The position numbers and the translations under genes were made by a program. Below the pieces are notes generated by a model, which saw only the letters and a list, made by a program, of their open reading frames with translations, made no database searches and was not told where the DNA came from. Shown in pieces: positions 26,114 through 32,601 of a stretch of 32,601 nt of DNA (positions within the stretch are counted from its first letter, which is position 1; every line of letters starts with the position of its first letter). Origin of the DNA: Candidatus Hydrogenedentota bacterium (GTDB taxonomy: Bacteria > Hydrogenedentota > Hydrogenedentia > Hydrogenedentales > SLHB01); assembly GCA_003552485.1 (NCBI GenBank), contig PUMX01000039.1, positions 1 through 32,601 on the forward strand. The letters run 5' to 3'.

Positions 26114-26572
26114 TCACCCCTTCCAATCGCCGACATCCTCGCCTTCACCCAGCGACGAATCATCGCCGAGCCCGGGGCTTACCTCGCCAAAAGGCAGACC
26201 ATCAGAGACATCGATGCTCACATCGCTGGAATCGTCGTTATCACTCAGCAACAGTTTAGCGTCGGAGCGATCATACGCCCCCTCTTCCTGGCCTTCAGCG
26301 GCTTCATCTTCATCCTCGGCCTCGTCCGCGTCACTCTCCTCGAGGGCGCCCGTATCCGGCACAAGGGCCTCGTCTTCGTCGACGGCTCCAGAAGCTTCAG
26401 CGCTCTTCTTGGCTGTGCGTTTCAACGAAGTCTTTCGCACACCCTTGTCTTCCGCGCCGCCAATACGCACGAGTTCCTCGCCCTCACAGTCCGGGCATTT
26501 GAAACCGAGTTTCTCCGCGCCCCATTCCACGTAGCGCTTACCGCATCGCAAGCAATGGTATTTCACCGGCAT
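26114..26572 (-). CDS. FmdB-like zinc-ribbon protein with a long acidic C-terminal tail
   Basis: The N-terminus MPVKYHCLRCGKRYVEWGAEKLGFKCPDCEGEELVRI has CxxC...CxxC like the CxxC_CxxC_SSSS/FmdB type. A short basic linker follows, then about 95 aa of D/E/S-rich tail ending in GEDVGDWKG. AAAGGAA lies upstream of the ATG. Confidence 0.6.
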   Translation of the reverse strand: MPVKYHCLRCGKRYVEWGAEKLGFKCPDCEGEELVRIGGAEDKGVRKTSLKRTAKKSAEASGAVDEDEALVPDTGALEESDADEAEDEDEAAEGQEEGAYDRSDAKLLLSDNDDSSDVSIDVSDGLPFGEVSPGLGDDSSLGEGEDVGDWKG

Positions 26573-26657
26573 CGCCGTGTATTCCTTTCGTTGTGTCGCC
26601 GCTCCATGACTTCAAGCCCTACCGCACACACTGGTTGCAAGTCAGACAAAGGCGGCG

Positions 26658-26663
26658 ATTATA
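26658..26663 (-). promoter_or_regulatory. candidate -10 box for the zinc-ribbon/receiver gene pair
   Basis: Perfect TATAAT on the minus strand, about 85 nt upstream of ATG 26572. The -35 position reads TTTTTC, which is poor. Confidence 0.3.
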
Positions 26664-26750
26664 GCAGAGCCCGTCACGGAGAAAAAGCAGGAAAATCAGC
26701 TCCCCGCCGAATCCCGAAGGCTGCAAGCGGCCCTCTCACCGTGCGCCTGC

Positions 26751-26786
26751 GTTGCGGCCGCTTCCAGTAGGAAGCCGCGCCGCAAC
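26751..26786 (-). terminator. GC-rich hairpin downstream of the aldo-keto reductase gene (possible terminator)
   Basis: Outer stem GTTGCGG / CCGCAAC (7 bp) and inner stem GCTTCC / GGAAGC (6 bp) with a 4-nt loop, 40 nt after stop 26826. No U-tract follows. Confidence 0.3.
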
Positions 26787-26825
26787 ACAGAACCCGCTCG
26801 AAATGAAAGGGGGATCGCTGCCCAG

Positions 26826-27800
26826 CTACCAGTGATACTTGAAGAAGTTGGCGTCCTCCTCATACATCTCCGTGAGATCGCTGAGTTCGGCAAACTGGCG
26901 CTCGGACAACGGCGCGAACTCACAGGCAAGGTCCGCGTTTTCTTCGACTTGGCCGACTTCGGTAATGCCTACGATCGCGGTGCTCACCGGCAATGACCAG
27001 ACATAATCAAGCACCTGCTTCATGGAGGTCACGCCCTCGTCGTGAAAGATGTCGCCACGGGCTGTCGTCTTCATGGCGATAATGCCCATGTTCTTCTCGA
27101 CCGCCGTCTGCAAGAGTTCGTCCTGAAATGGCCGGTAATGCCGATCGGCCGGATTCATGGTCAGCAAGATACAGTCGAAGTCATAGTCACGGATACCCTT
27201 GAGCAGGATATCGGGATCCCGGTGCCCGGTAATGCCCAGAAAGCGCACCACACCCTCATCGCGCAACCGTTCCATCGCTTTCAAGGCGCCATCGTCGGCG
27301 AACGCTTCCTCGAGATCCTGTTCGTGACGCATGTTGTGAAGCTGATACAGATCGATGTGATCCGTGCGTAAACGTTCGAGACTTGTCTCAAACTGATACA
27401 TGGTGCCATCATAGCCGCGATCGCGGGTCTTCGTGGCCAGAAATACCTCGTCGCGACGGCCCTCGATGGCTTCGCCAATATTCTTCTCGCTGCCCCCGCC
27501 ACCGTAGATGTGCGCGGTGTCGATGTAGTTCACGCCCCGGTCCAGCGCCCGCTGAACTATCTGAACGGCTTCCTCTTTTCTATCCTCAAGCTCGACTGTC
27601 GATTCGCCGCCCAAGCTAAACAAGCCGACCTGGTGGCCTGTCCGGCCGAGATTGCGCTTGATCATGGTCTTCGCGGATGGCGCCGCCGGCTCTGCGGCGG
27701 AAACACTCCGGCCCGATCCAGGCAAGGCGCTCAGGCCTAACCCCGCAGCCGTTCCCAGCGAGGTTCCGAGCAGTTCACGGCGCGTTATTCTTGTATACAT
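26826..27800 (-). CDS. aldo/keto reductase with a twin-arginine (Tat) signal peptide
   Basis: The N-terminus MYTRITRRELLGTSLGTAAGLGLSALPGSGRSVSA-AE has a TRRxLL Tat motif, an h-region and a VSA cleavage site. The AKR catalytic tetrad contexts are present: NYIDTAHIYG (Asp, Tyr), FLATKT (Lys), DLYQLHNM (His). Confidence 0.88.
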   Translation of the reverse strand: MYTRITRRELLGTSLGTAAGLGLSALPGSGRSVSAAEPAAPSAKTMIKRNLGRTGHQVGLFSLGGESTVELEDRKEEAVQIVQRALDRGVNYIDTAHIYGGGGSEKNIGEAIEGRRDEVFLATKTRDRGYDGTMYQFETSLERLRTDHIDLYQLHNMRHEQDLEEAFADDGALKAMERLRDEGVVRFLGITGHRDPDILLKGIRDYDFDCILLTMNPADRHYRPFQDELLQTAVEKNMGIIAMKTTARGDIFHDEGVTSMKQVLDYVWSLPVSTAIVGITEVGQVEENADLACEFAPLSERQFAELSDLTEMYEEDANFFKYHW

Positions 27801-27874
27801 GGCGTGTGTCCTTTCTCCGCGTTGCGCGGGTCTTGATCCTCGAGGCGCACAACCCCGCCACAGCCTGTCAATTC

Positions 27875-27903
27875 ATTCTACGTGGCAAAATGGCGCCAGG
27901 CAA
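27875..27903 (-). promoter_or_regulatory. candidate sigma70-type promoter for the aldo-keto reductase gene
   Basis: The minus strand reads TTGCCT-17 nt-TAGAAT, about 75 nt upstream of ATG 27800. Confidence 0.4.
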
Positions 27904-28112
27904 ACCGGACAACTTCAAAGAAGGATTTCGATAGATGGGGCAAAAGAGAGCGATTACGCAGCCCGCGCGGCTGTACGGCTTCGACCAACCGGCGTAGCCC
28001 CCTTCGCGTTTTGTATTGGGGTCTTGCCGCGCAAGAACAAGTCGGGGCGGCGCCCCTCCACAGGCCCACCCCGGCAATGTCGGTCTGCGACAAACCAACG
28101 ATGGCGCCGCGT

Positions 28113-29561
28113 CTACATCTTCTGCATCATAGCCAGAAACTCGGCGTTGCTCTTGGTCTTCTTCATCTTTTCCACGAGCAACTCGTTAGCTTCGGTGGAG
28201 CTGAGTGGACTGAGGATCTTCAATAGCAGCCAGATGCGCTGAAGCTCTTCCTCCGACACGAGCAGCTCTTCTTTGCGGGTGCGTGACTTCTGCACATCGA
28301 TGGCCGGGAAGATGCGTTTCTCCATCAGGCGGCGATCAAGGTGAAGCTCCATGTTGCCCGTCCCTTTGAACTCCTCGAAGATAACATCGTCCATGCGGCT
28401 GCCCGTCTCGACAAGCGCCGTGGCGAGGATAGTCAGGCTGCCGCCTTCCTCGAGGTTACGGGCTGCGCCGAAGAAACGCTTAGGCCGCTGCAGCGCGTTG
28501 GCGTCCACGCCGCCGGACAACACCTTGCCGCTAGCGGGCACAATCACGTTGTATGCGCGAGCAAGCCGGGTAATCGAGTCCAGCAGGATGATCACATCTT
28601 TCTTATGTTCGACCAGGCGCTTGGCTTTCTCCAGCACCATCTCGGCCACCTGCACGTGGCGTTCAGGCGGTTCATCGAAAGTGGAGGCTATGACCTCGCC
28701 CTTAACGGAGCGGGCCATGTCCGTTACCTCCTCCGGTCGCTCGTCGATGAGCAACACAATGACCGTTGATTCCGGATGATTGGTGCAAACGGTGTTGGCG
28801 ATCTTCTGCAACAGCACGGTCTTGCCGGTAAAGGGCGCCGCAACAATAAGCCCACGCTGGCCCTTGCCGATTGGCGTCAGCAGATCCATCATCCGCATGG
28901 CGATTTCTTTGGGCTCATTCTCGAGGTGCAACCGCTCATCGGGGTGCAAGGGTGTGAGGTTGTCGAAGAGGATTCGTTCACGCGCGACATCCGGGCTTTC
29001 GTGGTTGACCGCCTCAACCTTGAGCAACGCGAAGTAGCGTTCACCTTCTTTGGGTGGGCGGACATGGCCTTGGACGGTGTCACCCGTACGCAGGCCGAAC
29101 TTGCGTATCTGAGAGGGGGAGACATAGATGTCGTCCGGCCCAGGCAAATACGAATAATCGCCCGAACGCAGAAAACCGAACCCATCCGGCAAGATTTCGA
29201 GCGTGCCTTCCCCGTAAACAGCGCCGGCCTTCTCAATGCTCATCTGCAGGATGCGGAAAATCATATCCTGCTTCTTGAGCCCGCTGTAGTTTTCGACGTT
29301 GAGCTGGCGGGCCATCTCGGTCAACTCGGGCATACTCATCCGCTTAAGATCGCCGATCGAGACCTCGGCGCCTTCTTGCGTCGGCAGAGTCCCCGCCGAA
29401 TCGCCGCTGGACTTTTGCACCTCGGCCGTCTTGCTGCCCTTCGACGGATTCTCGCGGCTCCCACGCTGATGATTACGGTTGTTCGGTCCGCTCTTACGAC
29501 CGGACCGGGCCGAATTCCTGCCCCTGCTCTGGTTCTTATCGCCAGTTGTTCTCTCAGGCAT
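28113..29561 (-). CDS. rho: transcription termination factor Rho with a basic, low-complexity N-terminal extension
   Basis: Rho N-terminal domain ([36 protein letters not shown]), RNA-binding domain (GFGFLR), Walker A ([12 protein letters not shown]) and the C-terminal RecA-like core. GAGAGGA SD upstream. 482 aa, with about 67 extra N-terminal residues. Confidence 0.95.
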   Translation of the reverse strand: MPERTTGDKNQSRGRNSARSGRKSGPNNRNHQRGSRENPSKGSKTAEVQKSSGDSAGTLPTQEGAEVSIGDLKRMSMPELTEMARQLNVENYSGLKKQDMIFRILQMSIEKAGAVYGEGTLEILPDGFGFLRSGDYSYLPGPDDIYVSPSQIRKFGLRTGDTVQGHVRPPKEGERYFALLKVEAVNHESPDVARERILFDNLTPLHPDERLHLENEPKEIAMRMMDLLTPIGKGQRGLIVAAPFTGKTVLLQKIANTVCTNHPESTVIVLLIDERPEEVTDMARSVKGEVIASTFDEPPERHVQVAEMVLEKAKRLVEHKKDVIILLDSITRLARAYNVIVPASGKVLSGGVDANALQRPKRFFGAARNLEEGGSLTILATALVETGSRMDDVIFEEFKGTGNMELHLDRRLMEKRIFPAIDVQKSRTRKEELLVSEEELQRIWLLLKILSPLSSTEANELLVEKMKKTKSNAEFLAMMQKM

Positions 29562-29635
29562 TAATCGTCCTCTCAGATATTTCCATCCGATGGTGTACCT
29601 TCACTCTCACAGGACCGGTGAATCGCTCGCCGTCC

Positions 29636-32341
29636 CTAGTGAATCTGTTCCCAGTTGCTTCCAACGCCTACCTCCGTTTCCAGAGGCACACTCAATTGCA
29701 TGGCGCCGCCCATAGTCTTTCTCATAATTTCCCCCACCCCCGCAGCTTCGTCTTCCGGCGCTTCGACCAGCAACTCATCATGCACCTGTAACAACATGTG
29801 AGCGTTGGATCCGGCCAGCGCTTCATCGAGACGTAACATGGCAAGCTTGATGATATCCGCCGCGCTGCCTTGAACGGGGGTGTTAATTGCAGCGCGCTCC
29901 GCGGCAGAGCGGATGTTGGTATTGGAGCTGGTCAATTCAGGCACATAACGGCGCCGGCCCAAGAGAGTGGTGACATAGCCGCGTTCACGCGCTTCTTCAA
30001 CTGTCTGCGTGAGCCATTGCTTCACGCCGGGATATTGCGCGAAGTATTGCTCGATAAACCGGCTCGCTTCGCCCGACGTTATGCGGAGATTACGAGCCAA
30101 TCCGTAGGGACTGATGCCGTAAACGACCCCAAAGTTGACCGCTTTGGCTTGACGCCGCATCTCGGAGGTCACCTCATCCGGCGCGACCTTGAATACGCGC
30201 GCCGCCGTGTCCAAATGAATGTCACGGCCTTGCAAAAACGCTTCCTTCAGCCGTTCATCTCCCGACAAATGGGCCAGCACCCGTAACTCAATCTGTGAGT
30301 AGTCCGCCGAAACGAACCGGCGCCCGGCCTCGCTTGGCACAAAACCCCGCCGGATCCGGCGGCCAAACTCGGTGCGTATCGGAATGTTTTGCAGATTGGG
30401 GTCGCTGCTGGAAAGCCGGCCCGTGGCCGCCACGGCCTGATTGAAGGACGTGTGAATGCGGCCTGTCTCGGGATGAACCAACCGGGGCAGCGCCTCGACA
30501 TAGGTTCCGCGGAGTTTGTCGAGCATGCGGTACTCCAGAACCGCTTCCGGTAGGGGATGCTCGCGCGCCAACTCTTCCAGAACATCAACATCCGTCGAGT
30601 AGCCCGTCTTGGTCCGTCGAATAGGCCTAAGCCCCAACTTGTCAAACAGTATACCTTGGAGCTGCTTGGGTGAGTTTATCTGAAAAGGCTCGCCCGCCTG
30701 GTCATGGATCGTCTCTTCAAGCACCTTCAGACGGGCTTCAATCTCGCGCTGAAGCTCTTCAAAGACCCCCAAGTCGATCGCAATACCCGTCATCTCCATT
30801 CGCGCGAGCACGTAGATGAGGGGTAACTCCACCTCATGATACAGTCGCTCGACCCCGCCTTCACGGAGCCGCTCGTGGAAGATCCGGGTCAGGCGCCATG
30901 TAACGTCCGCGTCCTCACACGCATACGCGCACGCCTGCGTCAAGGGGACTTTGTCGAAGGTGACTGCCTTGGATCCCTTGCCAATCACGTCGGCAAGGGG
31001 AATCATCTTCCTGTTGAGGTAGTGGAGGCTAACTTCAGTTAAATTATGCCGCACCCGTGACGCGTCTGTCAAATAGGATCCAACCATGGTGTCCATGCCG
31101 ATTCCCGTCAACGGCAGCCCCGCGCGTTCGAGCACGACCAAGTCGTACTTGATGTTGTGGCCCGACTTGGCCACCCCGGCATCGGCCAGCAACGGCCCCA
31201 GGCGCTGCTTGACCGTCTCAAGCGTAAGCCCGTCCACGGGCCTTTCTTCCCCCTGTTCGTTGGGAATCACCATAGCCTCGGGCGCATGCCCCACGGGGAT
31301 ATAGAACGCCGCGCCTTCTTCGGCGCTCACTGATATGCCCACCAGCTTGGCGCGCATCGGATGGACCGACGTCGTTTCCGTGTCAATGGCGAACGCGCCA
31401 TTGTCGCGGAGGCGGGCGACGAGTTCGTTCAGCGCCGCTTCGTCAAGCACCAGCTGATAGTCTGAAGGGTCGGGCTTCCGCGCATCCGGCGCAAGTTCGT
31501 CCACCAAAGAGTGAAACTCAAGTTTCTGAAGCACGGCCGCCGCCTTAGCGGGGTCCACTGCTTCGCGCCGGCAATCGTCGAAAGACCACTCGACTTCTAC
31601 CGCGGTGTCAATGGCCACCAGCTTACGGCTCAGGTAGGCTTTGTCTTTCTCGCTTTCAAGACGCTCGCGCTGCTTCCCTTTCAGCTCCTGAATATTCTCA
31701 TAGATACCATCAAGGGACTCGAAGCGGGTGAGTAGCGAGCGCGCCGTTTTTTCCCCAATACCCGTCACGCCGGGCACGTTGTCCGAGCTATCGCCAATTA
31801 GCGCCATAGCGTCGATGAGGCGTTCCGGCGGCACGCCGTAGCGCTCCACGACTTCTTCGGCGCTGTACCACATACCGCTGCCGCTCTTATAGGGATCGAA
31901 CACCTTCACGGAATCTGTCACGAGCTGGAGCATGTCCTTGTCGCCCGTAACGATGACCACCTCCATGCCTTGTTCGGCCGCCTGACGCGCCAGCGTGCCA
32001 ATCACATCATCGGCTTCCACGCCCTCGACCCTTAGCACGGGAATGTTAAACACCTCGAGCACTTCGTCAATAAGCGGCAATTGCTCGACGAGATCCTCGG
32101 GCATGGCGTCGCGCGTGGCCTTATACTCGGGATAAAGCTCCTCGCGGAACGTTTTGCCGGGCGCGTCAAAAGCCGCCACAATGTAAGCAGGATCTTGTTC
32201 GCGGAGCAGTTTAATGAGGATCCGGGTAAATCCATAGACGGCGTTGGTCGATTTGCCTTCGGAGTTGGTGAGATTGCGAATGGCGTGATACGAACGGTAG
32301 GCGAACGCCGAACCGTCGAGTATGTAGAATCGTTCAGCCAT
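29636..32341 (-). CDS. polA: DNA polymerase I
   Basis: 901 aa. 5'-nuclease N-terminus (FYILDGSAFAYRSYHA). 3'-5' exonuclease motifs (FAIDTETTS, NIKYDLVVL, YACEDADVTWRL). Polymerase motifs A (DYSQIELRVLAH), B (RRQAKAVNFGVVYG) and C (QVHDELLVE). Confidence 0.96.
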   Translation of the reverse strand: MAERFYILDGSAFAYRSYHAIRNLTNSEGKSTNAVYGFTRILIKLLREQDPAYIVAAFDAPGKTFREELYPEYKATRDAMPEDLVEQLPLIDEVLEVFNIPVLRVEGVEADDVIGTLARQAAEQGMEVVIVTGDKDMLQLVTDSVKVFDPYKSGSGMWYSAEEVVERYGVPPERLIDAMALIGDSSDNVPGVTGIGEKTARSLLTRFESLDGIYENIQELKGKQRERLESEKDKAYLSRKLVAIDTAVEVEWSFDDCRREAVDPAKAAAVLQKLEFHSLVDELAPDARKPDPSDYQLVLDEAALNELVARLRDNGAFAIDTETTSVHPMRAKLVGISVSAEEGAAFYIPVGHAPEAMVIPNEQGEERPVDGLTLETVKQRLGPLLADAGVAKSGHNIKYDLVVLERAGLPLTGIGMDTMVGSYLTDASRVRHNLTEVSLHYLNRKMIPLADVIGKGSKAVTFDKVPLTQACAYACEDADVTWRLTRIFHERLREGGVERLYHEVELPLIYVLARMEMTGIAIDLGVFEELQREIEARLKVLEETIHDQAGEPFQINSPKQLQGILFDKLGLRPIRRTKTGYSTDVDVLEELAREHPLPEAVLEYRMLDKLRGTYVEALPRLVHPETGRIHTSFNQAVAATGRLSSSDPNLQNIPIRTEFGRRIRRGFVPSEAGRRFVSADYSQIELRVLAHLSGDERLKEAFLQGRDIHLDTAARVFKVAPDEVTSEMRRQAKAVNFGVVYGISPYGLARNLRITSGEASRFIEQYFAQYPGVKQWLTQTVEEARERGYVTTLLGRRRYVPELTSSNTNIRSAAERAAINTPVQGSAADIIKLAMLRLDEALAGSNAHMLLQVHDELLVEAPEDEAAGVGEIMRKTMGGAMQLSVPLETEVGVGSNWEQIH

Positions 32342-32346
32342 GCTCT

Positions 32347-32601
32347 TTACCTTTGCGCCACAGACAAAACCGCTTCCGCCGCCTTCTGAGACGCCCCCGC
32401 CTCACCAAGGCGTTCCCGCAGCCGTTGATACCCGGCGAGCACCGCGTCCCGCCGGGGACCATCCTCAATTAACGCGAGCGCTTCGGGCAAAATGTTGTCC
32501 ACCGTAGCCTCGTGTTGGATGAATTCGGGTACGATACGCCTCTCCGCCAGAATGTTGGCCATCGCGATGTGATCCCCGCGCACCAGCAGGCGGGCTATCC
32601 A
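32347..32601 (-). CDS. lpxB: lipid-A-disaccharide synthase, C-terminal fragment (continues beyond the right edge)
   Basis: The frame is open to the window edge: WIARLLVRGDHIAMANILAERRIVPEFIQHEATVDNILPEAL... This resembles the LpxB C-terminus (..V.LPN.LAGR..VPE..Q...). The stop lies 5 nt before the polA ATG. Confidence 0.75.
   Translation of the reverse strand, partial: WIARLLVRGDHIAMANILAERRIVPEFIQHEATVDNILPEALALIEDGPRRDAVLAGYQRLRERLGEAGASQKAAEAVLSVAQR

Noticed and set aside
26037-26534. A 165-aa Ser-rich ORF on the plus strand
   Set aside because: It is the mirror image of the acidic-tail gene, because GAx/GAG codons read antisense as Ser/Leu codons. The minus-strand frame has an ordered zinc-ribbon N-terminus, an SD and a TATAAT, so I prefer that frame.
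1-32601. A search by eye for tRNA, rRNA or tmRNA genes, CRISPR repeats, IS elements with inverted repeats, integrases and toxin-antitoxin pairs
   Set aside because: No T-loop or acceptor-like tRNA signatures appear in any intergenic region. There are no regularly spaced direct repeats and no transposase- or integrase-like translations. A manual scan cannot exclude short or diverged elements, so tRNAscan, Rfam and repeat finders should be run.

Overview
GC-rich (about 60% by eye) bacterial chromosomal window. Nearly every gene is on the minus strand, and the partial lpxB points to a diderm. From left to right: (i) a partial small membrane ORF, cstA and a GltP-type symporter. (ii) A compact division/cell-wall (dcw) cluster at about 3.8-16.0 kb: mraZ, a STAS-domain gene, rsmH, ftsL, ftsI, murE, murF, mraY, murD, ftsW, murG. 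It ends at a hairpin terminator and has no murC, murB, ddl or ftsQAZ after it. (iii) A 536-nt divergent control region. (iv) A mixed, poorly characterised block at 16.5-27.8 kb: a Host_attach/eRF1-like protein, an 1199-aa GH13-like enzyme, a stand-alone E2-type acyltransferase domain, a lipoprotein that looks like a catalytically dead 5'-nucleotidase, a membrane-anchored alpha/beta hydrolase, a DUF1015 protein, a zinc-ribbon/acidic-tail protein with an orphan receiver, and a Tat-signal aldo-keto reductase. (v) rho, polA and the 3' end of lpxB. I found no rRNA, tRNA, CRISPR array, transposase, integrase or long repeat. I see no self-contained novel system such as a defence island. The most unusual features are a STAS gene wedged between mraZ and rsmH, a roughly 130-aa extracytoplasmic insertion in MraY, and a PASTA domain on FtsI. 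All family calls come from reading motifs in the translations. No database search was run, and the promoter and terminator calls are low-confidence pattern matches.
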